Below, piece after piece: positions 44,542 through 56,554 of a stretch of 64,000 nt of DNA. The notes below the pieces were generated by a model. The model made no database searches and was not told where the DNA came from. It worked only from the letters and a program-made list of their open reading frames with translations. The number at the start of each line of letters is the position of its first letter. Positions within the stretch are counted from its first letter, which is position 1. The stretch is from the NCBI GenBank assembly GCA_001244265.2, contig CDLV01000004.1, forward strand, positions 186,001 to 250,000, in the 5' to 3' direction. This stretch comes from Microbotryum violaceum. Taxonomy: Eukaryota. Position numbers and translations under genes: made by a program.

Positions 44542-47104
44542 CTAGTGGGAACCCGTTTAATTAACGGGAGGATCAAATTCAAAAAATAGCAGGATAATCG
44601 AACAGTCTACATGATCTCAGCGCAGAGGTTAAGAAAACACAATACGAAGTACAGCAAAAAACCAAATCCATTCATCCTACATTCATCGCCGAAACAGCCT
44701 GCATGTCGCTTGTTGCCGGACTTGGCTTCAAACACTCGTGCAATGAGATCCGGACGGTTGCATGCTTTGTCATTCGGCCCCAGTGCAGCCTTGATTTCAG
44801 GTGCTTCAGGGTCGTACGTCATCGTGATGAGCAGCGGAGGCTTTCCATGTTTGACAACGCACGCTATCGCATCCTGGTATCGCTGCCACGTGATGTCGCG
44901 CGGTCTATTCTTGAACGTCGAGCCCAAGGTCATGGAACGTCCACTTTGGTTCGGGGTCAAGCCGTTGATGCCTTGGGTCGTGGTGACGCGTAGGTTCTCT
45001 TGATGCAACCGGATGTGTAGAGTCGATCGGTCTCGACTTGGGAGTACATCGTAAATCACAGACTCCAGGAAGGGACGTTGGGTGCCATGCGGGATTGAGA
45101 AGTGCTCGTCGCGTTTGGCAAGTAGTGCGCAAAGAATTGTGAACGCGAGACTCGCCACCTCGACCCCTTTACTTGACCTTCGTCCTAGGTGTTCAAAAGT
45201 TCAATGTCAGTCTGTGCTTGCGCCTTCGGCAGAATGGAACATCAGAGAAAGAGCCGAAGACGCGTACGTTCGCCATCACCATCCTCTTCGTCCCCTTCCT
45301 CGCCGTCTTCATCCTCATTGTCGCGGTCTTCGTCCTCCTGTTCGTCTTCGTCAGCAAGACCGAGACCGGCAAGTACCTCCCGTGATTGGACCCCATTGTC
45401 GATCTGCTCTCGGTGTCTGGCGATTGGCAGCCCAGCTTAGCGAAACCCGCAAAGAGAAATGTTGGGGTGGAAGCCATTTTCCCCTGCAGGAAATAGTAGT
45501 GGGTAACGGAGAGGCATCGCAGACGGATGGAGCGAGCTAACGACTTGGTACTTGGGCCGACCCTCGGGACATCGATCACCGTGCACCTGGAGAATAAGGT
45601 CTTGACGTCCACGATCTCCCGTGTTGGTGTCGGAATCGCAGATAAGCATCGCCATTTCCGTGCTCGATGTAGGAGGGTTGTGGGTGCGTCGGTCCCGGCC
45701 TGACCGGAGGCAGAGGCGCAGGATCCACTCTTTGGCCGTATCCCAACCTGCGCGAGCTTTGGCCGATGCGAACTCCCTCACAAAGTGATTCTTGGTGCGC
45801 AACATGGACTCGAGCTTGGTCAAAGTAGATCTTTGTATGCGACTGTCTGCGCCGTCGAGTCCCAGTCGAGTGTCAGTGGCCTCGGCTGGGTCGATGAGCC
45901 ATATCTGGGCCAAGGCTGGACGTTGATTGACGGTAGGAATCAGGGCGCCGAGTCGATGGTAGAGGCGACCGAACACGCGAAACACGGGAGGTCCTAGAGT
46001 GCCCACTTGGGTTTGGTCCCAGCAGTAGGCAGCGAGCGAAGTAAAGGACAACGCGTTATTGTAAGACCGGGCATTCTCGCGGAATGCTTTAGCGTCTGTG
46101 TAGGTGCATCACACAGTTCAGCATGTGGGTCTACTGCAGACGAACGTTGTTGGACGGAGCAACTGACCGCTATCCGAGCCTTGAAGAAGCTGCCGATACT
46201 CGAGATTGGGCTGGGGAGGGGAGGTAGCTGCACCTTGCCCTGCGAAAACGTGGGGCTTGAGGGGTTTGAGCGCGATTCGAGCCCGGCGCACTCGCCTTTG
46301 CGGAGGTGGTTGGTGGGGCGAGCCCAGCGTCGAGTTGGCCATCGCGCTGACCACGCTGTCCGTTCTGCACAGCTGCACGGCGGGCTCGTATACGTGTCGC
46401 AATGCCAAGATCGGTTGAATTGTTGTCATGACGCGCCGGGGGCTGATTCTGTTGATCGGAGCGGGACGAAGAGGAGGGTCGAGCCGCGGGGCGCCCAGCA
46501 GCGGGCGCTCGAGCAGGCCCATGGTACGGCGCTACCCTCGCGCCCAAGACTTGGCGAGGTTGCGATGGCCCTCCCTGGCGACCTTGGGACCGGAGCATAG
46601 TAGCGAGGGTTTGTTCTTGAATGAGTGTCACTAAAATTGGATGAGAGTAGGAGGGAGAAAGCAAAGGTTTGAGGGAGTGGCGCAGGATTATTTACGTGGT
46701 TTGCTTTGTTGTTCAGCCCCTAATGCCGCTGGTCGACTGCCGGAATGACACTCCACCGCCGGCGCACCGCATCACGTGACAAACGCCAGCCCTCGCCTCG
46801 CGCGTCAGGCAGAGCTCTGCTGTAGAAGCAATATCATGCAAAGCCACGCGCTTGCGGTTCATTAAATGCAATATAAGTGGAAGCATTGGTTTATGTCAGC
46901 GAAGAAAAGAAAGAAAATACTGGGAGCGCTGTAGCTTCGTTGGAACGGCGTGGAAAATACAAAAGTCAGCACAGGGCTTGTACATGACTTCTGATCGGAA
47001 CCCCGACACCACAGGCAGGTGCAGCAGACACAACAGTATGCTGGTACATCCACCACAGGTGGCCCTCCGGGCCACAACCTAGTTAAAAACAGCGATTATA
47101 GGTA
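44542..47104 (-). mobile_element. Non-autonomous Helitron, copy B
   Basis: Same RepHel N-terminal remnants as copy A; 3' hairpin cccgtt..aacggg then CTAG|T; 5' tacctataatcgctgttttt. Confidence 0.9.
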
Positions 47105-47130
47105 CATTCCTTAACTCACACTTTTTTTTT

Positions 47131-47276
47131 TACTAGTTAGGATAACTAGTTATTTATTACGAGTTAGGATAACTAGTTATTTATTACGAGTTAGGATAAC
47201 TAGTTATTTATTACTAGTTAGGATAACTAGTTATTTATTACTAGTTAGGATAACTAGTTATTTATTACTAGTTAGG
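47131..47276 (+). repeat. 27-bp minisatellite TACTAGTTAGGATAACTAGTTATTTAT x5.4
   Basis: Units start at 47131, 47158, 47185, 47212, 47239 and 47266. Units 2-3 share a T>G variant. No spacers. Confidence 0.95.
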
Positions 47277-49191
47277 TAAAACGTCGTCGAGACAAAGAAC
47301 ATTCTAGAACAAGACAAACCACGTGGCGTGACGTCATGGCGCCCGAAGCGTGCCACCGCACTAGTATTATAGAGGTAGTAATAGGCGGTCAAGACAAAGA
47401 ACGTTCTAGAACGAGACAAACCACGTGGCATGACGTCATAGGCAGCTCTCGGTCCAGCGTCCAGCTAGCTAGCGCTGTTTCAGACCGTTTTGCCTACGTT
47501 TGCCGAGGTTCCATTGAATAGCACGTGACTCTCTGTGTCCCGAAGCAGACTGTTTTGCGTGTCTACCACGTCGACGTCAAAGAACGTCAAAGAACGGGAG
47601 ACAAACCACGTGGCGACAAACCGTTTCGTCCACGTTCGCCGAGGTTCCATTTCCCATCAAAGCAGCCTGACACATGACCCTCTGCTTCGGGCTTCACTCC
47701 ACAATGTTCCGCGGCCTTCCGCGACATTCTATGAGTCCGGTTTAAACTGAGGCGCAGGCCTCTCCATCTTTCTCCCTCCTGCTCTTCACACCTTACCCAT
47801 TGCACCTCATCCCATCGCCACCTCGAGCTTGCGACATCCGAAGCGGTCGTCGTGGAAGCATTGCAACGAATACGGGATACAGAAATGCCTGCCGCATGCA
47901 ACATAGCTACGAATTCAAGTAAGTAACTTCATGAACTGTGCTCTTGATGTGGGATTGTTCAGAAGCTAATGGAGAACTACCAAGCAGAGATTCCCTTCAA
48001 ACGTCCTCTTTGAATCTCAACCCTCGAGTTGTTTCCTCACCGTCAGCTGGTGACACTGCATGCGTGAGTTATCCCTTGACATGACTGTGCAGTCAGATAT
48101 GACGGAAAACTGATACGAAAAACATACACTGAACGTCAGTGATATAGCGGAAGGATTGACTTCCTACGGTTGAGAATCCGGGTCATTGGAACACTAAATG
48201 TGAGTCTTCACTGCTATTGCTACAGATGGACAACAGCAAGAATACTGATAGTCGAATCACGCAAGAAAACAGGCTCTGATTGCGTGAATTGCGGCTCACC
48301 ATCCCGTGGCAGATCCTCAGTCTCGGTTCGATGGAGTGACTGTCGTATTGGCAGGTATGTGCCAATTTTTCAAAAGCAAGGCGCAGGGCAGCATGACTGA
48401 CTGGCCGGTTGGACTGTAACATCACAGGGGATCCGAAGCAATGCCTTCCCGTTATTCCCAAGTCAACGCCTACACAAACCGTCGATGCTCGCATCGTGAA
48501 TGCTGACTTCTGCGGGGATCTCTCTGTAAGTAGTAGTCCTCGCCTGACCTTTAGACCCTATACTAACAACGGCACCGTGCGAGCGCAGACCAACAATGCG
48601 TCTTCTGGCTTCTGGCCGCTGCAGACCGCATGACCGAAATGGAACAGACAAAGACACAGGGCTCTGCAGATTGGCTTAGGAGTTGGAGACGGCTCGGCGA
48701 ACAAAACAGAAGACTCTATCGCGCTCCCACGTGACCTTCTCCTGCAGGCGACCATGAGGAACCTCCGGGCTGATCAGACACGTTTATCCCGTCCCCGGGC
48801 TCGCACTGGACAATATGTTGATAGGCGAAAGTCGAATACTTCGAGAGCAAGCAAAACTGACGCCCAAAAGTTCGCAGGTGGATCACATCAACGACATGGG
48901 GCTCGACCTGCTGCCGAGTGACGCTCAAACCTTCTACAGCGCGGATTTGGACACCTTTGTCGCGGTGGATGTTGCCCGCCCAGTCACCGATTGCACTGCG
49001 TCCACTGCCGGAGGACCAACTTTGTCCAATGGATCCACCGTCTGTGAACGCTGCGATCTCTCGAAGGTCTCAAGGTCAGTAAAGATTGCGCATAGATGAA
49101 AGCAGTGTAGAACCGTAGCCATCTGCAATAAAGTATCAGAACTGCTGATTCTCAATGTGAGGTGGCGCGCGGAGCGCGCCGCCGAACCTAG
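47277..49191 (+). mobile_element. Degenerate Helitron, copy D (second family) with Pif1 helicase remnants
   Basis: [12 protein letters not shown]...NADF and [13 protein letters not shown] are homologous to 59120-59790. 3' hairpin ggtggcgcgc-gga-gcgcgccgcc then CTAG|T. The 5' end is uncertain. Confidence 0.8.
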
Positions 49192-49310
49192 TTTTTATTA
49201 TATAGTTTTAAGGATAGTTTTAAGGATAATAGAAGAGAAGATAGTTTTAAGGATTTTAAGGATAACGATAAGTTTTAAGGATTTATAAGTTTAAGGATAT
49301 TACTACCTCT
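49192..49310 (+). repeat. AT-rich degenerate (TAG)TTTTAAGGA repeat tract
   Basis: Six tt(t)taaggat units between Helitron D and Helitron C. Confidence 0.85.
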
Positions 49311-51378
49311 TTATTAAAAAAAAGGTCGATCCGCGGCCCATGTACCTAAAATCGCTGTTTTTGACTGTGTTGCGGCCCTCTGGGCCGCCTATAGTGAATG
49401 TACCACTACAGTGTTGCGTCTGCCGCACCTGTCTGTGATATTGGCGTCACGACCAGAAGTCATGTACGACCCTTTCCACATTTTCTGCACCATAAAAGTC
49501 GAGCTACAGCCCAAGGACAATTTTTGTTGATTTTTGGCAGGGTACCCAACTATTGATCAGTTTGTTTGGGATTTAATGTATAGTAGCAAGCGCGTGGGTT
49601 TGCATGACGCTTCTTCTACAGAGCTCGCGCGTGGTCCCGCTGTCTTTGCGGGCGCGGCTTACGCTGCTCGATGCGCCGTCGATCACGTGACGTACTGTTT
49701 ACAACGCGACACCGGTTTTAGGGGCTGAACAACGACATGATCTTCCAGGGGCTGTAGATAGTCCCGCGATACTCTCTCTAATTTTTTCCTTTCCCTCCCA
49801 CTCATCGAATTTTCGTGACAACCGCGCCGAGTCTCTGGCGCGAGGATGGGACTCGATCGGAGACCATGGGCCTGCTACTGGCCTGCTCGAGCTTGCTCGA
49901 GCGCCTGCTGGCATGCTGCTGAGCCGGCTGCTCGACTCTCCTCTTCGTCCCGCTCCGATCAACAGAATCAGCTCCCCGTGCGTGATGACAACCACTCGAC
50001 CGATGTTGGTATTACGACCAGTATAAGCGTCCGCCGTACAGCTTTGCAGAACGAACAGCGTGGTCCGCGAGGGCCCGATGGCCAACTCGACGCTGGGCTC
50101 GCCCCACCACCACCTCCGCAAAGGCGAGTGCGCCGGGCTCGAACCGCGCTCAAACCCCTCAAGCCCCACGTTTTCGCAGGGCAAGGTGCAGCTACCTCCC
50201 CCTCCCCAGCCCAATCTCGAGTATCGGCAGCTTCTTCAAGGCTCGGATAGCGGTCAGTTGCTCCGTCCAACAACATCTCTCTGCAGTATGGCCCACATGC
50301 TGAACTGTGCGATGCACCTACACAGACGCTAAAGCATTTCGCGAGGATGCCCGGTCTTACAATAACGCGTTGTCCTTTACTTCGCTCGCTGCCTACTGCT
50401 GGGACTAAACCCAAGTGGGCACTCTAGGACCTCCCGTGTTTCGCGTGTTCGGTCGCCTCTACCATCGACTCGGCGCCCTGATTCCTACCGTCAATCAACG
50501 TCCAGCCTTGGCCCAGATATGGCTCATCGACCCAGCCGAGGCCACTGACACTCGACTGGGACTCGACGGCGCAGACAGTCGCATACAAAGATCTACTTTG
50601 ACCAAGCTCGAGTCCATGTTGCGCACCAAGAATCACTTTGTGAGGGAGTTCGCATCGGCCAAAGCTCGCGCAGGTTGGGATACGGCCAAAGAGTGGATCC
50701 TGCGCCTCTGCCTCCGGTCAGGCCGGGACCGACGCACCCACAACCCTCCTACATCGAGCACGGAAATGGCGATGCTTATCTGCGATTCCGACACCAACAC
50801 GGGAGATCGTGGACGTCAAGACCTTATTCTCCAGGTGCCGGTGATCGATGTCCCGAGGGTCGGCCCAAGTACCAAGTCGTTAGCTCGCTCCATCCGTCTG
50901 CGATGCCTCTCCGTTACCCACTACTATTTCCTGCAGGGGAAAATGGCTTCCACCCCAACATTTCTCTTTGCGGGTTTCGCTAAGCTGGGCTGCCAATCGC
51001 CAGACACCGAGAGCAGATCGACAATGGGGTCCAATCACGGGAGGTACTTGCCGGTCTCGGTCTTGCTGACGAAGACGAACAGGAGGACGAAGACCGCGAC
51101 AATGAGGATGAAGACGGCGAGGAAGGGGACGAAGAGGATGGTGATGGCGAACGTACGCGTCTTCGGCTCTTTCTCTGATGTTCCATTCTGCCGAAGGCGC
51201 AAGCACAGACTGACATTGAACTTTTGAACACCTAGGACGAAGGTCAAGTAAAGGGGTCGAGGTGGCGAGTCTCGCGTTCACAATTCTTTGCGCACTACTT
51301 GCCAAACGCGACGAGCACTTCTCAATCCCGCATGGCACCCAACGTCCCTTCCTGGAGTTCGTGAATTACGGATGTACT

Positions 51379-54300
51379 TGTTGAAGTAAATTACTCTTGC
51401 CTTAAATCCGCACTACGCGCGTCTCCACTTTACATTAGTCGCGCGCGCGATTCGCTTCTTTGTCTCCTCTTCTTCACTTGATTACGAACTCATTGGCTCG
51501 TCCCTGCCGCCAACTCGTTCAGCACATCGCTGTTCAGTTTCAATAGGTTACGAGCCCAACCGAGCGGCCAGCCAATTCGAGTCATCAAGACATGAGCACT
51601 CCTCTCATGGTCACAGGGGAACAACCCCTATCGTCCTCGTCAAACCACGCGATGTTGACCCATCATGCGATCTGCGAAACGCTGGGGCTGGTCGCAATGG
51701 ATCGACGACGTGCGAGGCGCCCTTGGCGGCGACTATTGGAACTGCACCCTCGCGACACCCGTCCAATCACCCAACACACGCACGGATCTCGATCACGCCA
51801 ATTTCCAAGCGGTCGCGCTGCTGATGCGTTCCGTCTCACCGGACATCCAAAAACACATAAAGGATGGTTACAACCACACTCCTGCGGAAGTCTTACAGAT
51901 GATCCAGAAGGCGGTCGGTACCGGCACGGTGGCTGACATTCTCATCCGTCTCCAAGCGTTGTTCGATGTGGGACCCCTTCCCACCGGCATGGACGCCTTC
52001 GCAAAGTACCAAGCGACAACCATTGAGCTATTTAACACGCTCTTGGGACACGAGCTTACTTTCGAGCAGATTGTGTTGTTCCGCCTTGTCCACTTTGGCA
52101 AGGATCTGTACCGTGAATACTACACGCAAACACTTCGGCAAGGATTGGATAGGCTACCGAGCCCGACGGAGGTCCTCCAGTCGCTCCACACGCAGGCGGA
52201 TCAGACGCCAGCTCCCAAACCCGTCGCCATGGTGGCAAGCCCAATTGCAACAGCGGACAAGTCTACCGGGCCTTCTTTCTCCCCATGCCACCACTGCGGA
52301 GGTCCGCACTGGAATCGCAAGTGCCCGGACAACAAGGCTGGGTCCAAGGGGAAGAAGACGAAGGCTCCTTCAGCGCCTTCCGCCTCGCTCGTTACTGCGC
52401 CTGATATCTCGACGCTGGTTGACGGTCCTGAGCTTGGCTACCTCACAGCCACGATGTCCACCTTGGCCAGGCCCTCCATCATCCTGGACAGCGGGGCGAC
52501 GCACCACATTGTCAACAATTGCGCATGTTTCACGTCCTTCCGCAAGTGCAAGCCAGCTCCGCTCGAAGGCATCACTGGTGAAGTTGTCAACTCCATCAAA
52601 GGCGTCGGCTCCGCAATCGTTCGTTCCTTCAACGGCAGCATTGGCCAACTCAACGACGCCTTGTTTGTGCCCACCGCTCCAGTCAACTTGTTCTCCGCCA
52701 GTCGTGCCGACATTGGGGGTTACGACATCCGTCTGACTCGGGCCAAGGCAACGGTCTCCATCGCCAACATGGTGTGTCACACTGGCGAGCTCAAGAACGG
52801 ACTTTACCACATGCAGGCCTCGCTCGTCGACGTCGCGGCTCTTGTTCATCAAGCGGGTGCGTTCCCGCGTGCGCTCATGGCCGTTCCCATGTCGGTCTTG
52901 CATGGACACTTCCCTCACCTCCACCCACGCGCCCTCCGACAGTTGATTTCGACTGAAGCCGTGTCGGGAGTCAGCATGGAGGTAGATTCAAACAAGGATT
53001 TGAAATGTGACACTTGCCAAGCTGGCAAAATTACGCATCACCCGTTCCCTGCCGTCGCATCGGATCGCTCTGCTCAGCCGCTTGAACAAGTCCACATGGA
53101 CCTCCTCGCGTTCAACGGTGCTGTGTCATTAGGGGGTGCGAGATATGGTCTCGTCATTGTGGATGACCATTCTCGGTATTTGTGGGCGATTCCGATGTCA
53201 CACAAGTCCGACACCTTTGCGGCCTTCAAATCCTGGCTCGTGAAGGTGGAGCGCTCCACGTCACGCAAAGTCCTTGCTGTCCGCTCGGATAATGGGGGCA
53301 AATTCATGTCAAATGAGTTCTCCAGATTCCTGGAGGAGCAAGGCATTACTCGTCAGCTCTCTATCCCTGACACGCCTCAACAGAATGGAGTCATCGAACG
53401 TGCAAATCGTTCAATCACCGAGGGTGTCCGCTCAATGCTCCACCAGTCGGGTGTAATACACCCCGTTGGAGTGTACACCTGAGCGATGACGACAAGGATC
53501 ACAGGACCAAAGTATGTAGAATTGACACTGGACACTCGTATCAGTCGCTGGTATGACAATGCCTTCTGATCCACCTTGTGCTCACCTGGACACTCGTATC
53601 AGTTGCTGGAGAGAGACTAAGAGTGCCCAGGCGCGCGTCCCCTCTTCCTAAGGCCCAGGCGCACGGGCCTTACATCGGGCCTACCTCACGCTTTGTGGGC
53701 CGAGGCATTGGCAACGTACGTCTACGTCAAAAATCGCTCGCCGCACTCTGCAAACTCGGGCACCACGCCTCACACACGTTGGTACAGTTCCAAACCTTCA
53801 GCTGGCCATCTACGCGTGTTCAGCTGTCGAGCGTGGAAGGCCGCTACCACCGAGCCACGCAGCAAGCTTGATCCACAAGGCATCCCACTCGTCTTTGTCG
53901 GCTACAACCTCGAGTCCAAGGGGTACAAACTGCTGGACCCCAACACAAGACAGGTCTTCAAGTCCCGCAGTGTGTCACATTCTTTGAGGACGACTTCCCT
54001 GCTCAAGCAACGGGTATCTGAGTGCCCCCGCTTCCGGCCGCGAGGGACGACGACAGCGGGGTTGTCATTATCCCCCCAAGCATGTCGCCCCCGAGCACAT
54101 TGACCCACCGGCTGCCTTGCGTTTCGACGCCCCTGGCCCGGCCTGGCAGCCGACCGCAGGCCCACGTGCGCGCAATCCGCCGGCTCGGTACGGAGCCCTC
54201 GCATCCTTGCCCTCAACCCCTTCTGCCTTTGCATTCTCACTCTGCAACAAGGTTGTTGCGCTGGTTGCCAATCTTGCGGAGGCCGGCATTGATGTCTCAA

Positions 54301-56097
54301 AGGTGGACCGTCCTCTCTTCAAGCCCAAAGATCCTTTCACGCTTCCCACCAGCAATCCCAGTACTTGGAAGGAAGCCATGCGCCACCCTCATGCGGAAGG
54401 TTGGAAAGCTGGTGCCATTGAGGAGTTCCGCTCGATGAAGGACGACTTCAAGGTGTTCAGTGTGGTCAACCTTGCCTCCGTTCCCAGGGAAGCCACTATC
54501 TTGCCGAGTCGCCACGTGTTTCGGACCAAACGCGATAAGGCGGGCAAAATGGTGTCGTTAAAGAGCCACATCATAGCTCAGGGATGCGCACAGCGGGCAG
54601 GTGATTTTGACGAGACATTTGCACCAACGGCAAAGTTCACCTCCATTTGCGCTCTCATTGCGCTCTCATTGCGCACGCAGCCTCCAGGAGCCACCACATC
54701 ATACAAGCCGACGTGGACAAGGCCTACCTCCACAGCGTCCTGGAGGAAGAGATCTACATGCGTGTCCCCACTGGCATCGAAGGCTATGATGGCAAGTGCC
54801 TCCGTCTTCACCATTCCATCTACGGGCTCAAGCAAGCCGGTTGAGTCTGGAACGACACAATCAACACCACTCTAGCAAATCTCGGCTACTGCCGTCTTGC
54901 CTGCGATGAATGCATTTATAGGTGCGCCGACATTTTGGGTGATCACTACATCGCGCTCTACGAAGACGACTTCCTCTTCTTTGGTCCCGACCTTGGGGAG
55001 ATCGATCAAGTCCTGGATCAACTCGACACCCTTTAAGTAAAATGTCTCTGCCCGGCTGACTGGATTCTAGGGGTTCAGGTTGTCCGGCATGATGATGGCG
55101 GGATCACCCTCCTGCAGCGCCAATACCTTGTTGACGTGTTGGCTTGTTTTGGCATGTCTGATTGCAATCCCTGCAAATTGCCAATGGAGGCCAACCTCCA
55201 GTTGTTGCCCAAGATCAACCCCAATGAAGCCGACAACTCGATGTATTGTTCTATGATCAGCTCCCTCATGTACGCCGTTGTTGCCACTCGACCCAATCTT
55301 GCACACGCTGTGGGGTATCTCTCTCGGTTTGTTGGCAAAGCGGGGGCAGCGCATCTCGAGGCCGTCAAACGCGTCCTTTGGTACATCAAAGGCTTGCTTG
55401 ATCTGGGCATCCATTACATGGCTAACAACAAACCCTTGCTGGGATATGAGGGGTATTCTGACTCGGACTGGGGATCTGACGTGAACACGTCAAGGTCAAC
55501 GATGGGCTACTTGTTCAAACTGGCTGGTGGCGCAATATTGTGGTCATCCCGTCTCCAACCCCGAGTGGCATGTTTGTCTACGGAAGCTGAGTATCTGGGT
55601 CTTTTGCACGCTGCCAAGGAGGCAGTCTTCCTTTGCGCGCTCCTCACCGAGCTCGGCCTTGACACATTGTTGCCCCTTTGTCTGCTTGGAGACAATCAAG
55701 GCGCTATCACGCTCACCCAGAACCCAGTCTTCCATGCTCGCACCAAACACCTTCGCATGTTGGAGCACTTTGTTTGGGAGCACGTTCGAAATGGAGAGAT
55801 CTTGGTCACCTACATCCCTACCCATGACATGGTGGCCAATATCTTCACCAAGCCGCTGCCTCAAGCGATTTTCCAGCGTCATTGCGACGCTATTGGCCTT
55901 TGGCGAATTTAGGCCAAGAGCAAGGGGGGGTGTTGAAGTAAATTACTCTTGCCTTAAATCCGCACTACGTGCGTCTCCACTTTATATTAGTTGCGCGCGC
56001 AATTCGCGTCTTTGTCTCCTTCTCTTCACTTGATTATGAACTCATTGGCTCGTCCCTGCCGCCAACTCGTTCAGCACATCGCTGTTCAGTTTCGATA
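51379..56097 (+). mobile_element. Full-length degenerate Copia LTR retrotransposon
   Basis: 167-bp LTRs (51379-51545, 55931-56097); TSD GTACT; PBS GGTTACGAGCCC; purine tract before the 3' LTR. Order gag knuckle, protease ILDSGATHH, integrase (VDDHSR, RSDNG, QNGVIER), RT (YGLKQAG), RNase H (YSDSDW, STEAEY). Confidence 0.97.
53452..53674. mobile_element. Solo LTR (223 bp) in the Copia integrase
   Basis: TGTAA...TTACA with TSD TCGGG. Removing it restores QSGLPHALWAEA. Confidence 0.92.
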
Positions 56098-56554
56098 GTA
56101 CTCCCAAGTCAAGACCGATTGACTCAACACATCCGGTTACATCAAGAGAACCTACGCCTCACCACAACCCAAGGCATCAACGGCTTGACCCCGAACCAAA
56201 TCACGACATCACGCAGCGATACCAGGATGTGATGGTGTGCGTTGTCAAACATGGAAAGCCTCCGCTGCTCATCACAATGACGTACGACCCCGACTCACCG
56301 GAAATCAAGGCTGCACTGGGGCCGATAAAGCATGCAACCATTCGGATCTCATTGCACGAGTGTTTGAAGCCAAGTCCGGCAACAAGCAACATGCAGGCTG
56401 TTTCGGCAATGAATGTAAGATGAATGGATTTTGTTTATTTGCTGTATTCCGTATCGTGTTTTCTTAACCTCTGCGCTGATATTATGTAGACTGTTCAATT
56501 ATCCTACTATTTTTTGAGTTTCATCCTCCCATTAATTTAACGGGTTCCCACTGG

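Larger units (their letters stand above)
49343..56554 (+). mobile_element. Non-autonomous Helitron, copy C, interrupted by a Copia element
   Basis: 5' tacctaaaatcgctgtttttgactg as in copy A; RepHel N-terminal remnants; 3' hairpin then CTGG|T at 56551-56554. Confidence 0.9.

Noticed and set aside
47131..47276. Regular 27-bp repeats as a CRISPR array
   Set aside because: Units are contiguous with no unique spacers, there are no cas genes, and the context is eukaryotic
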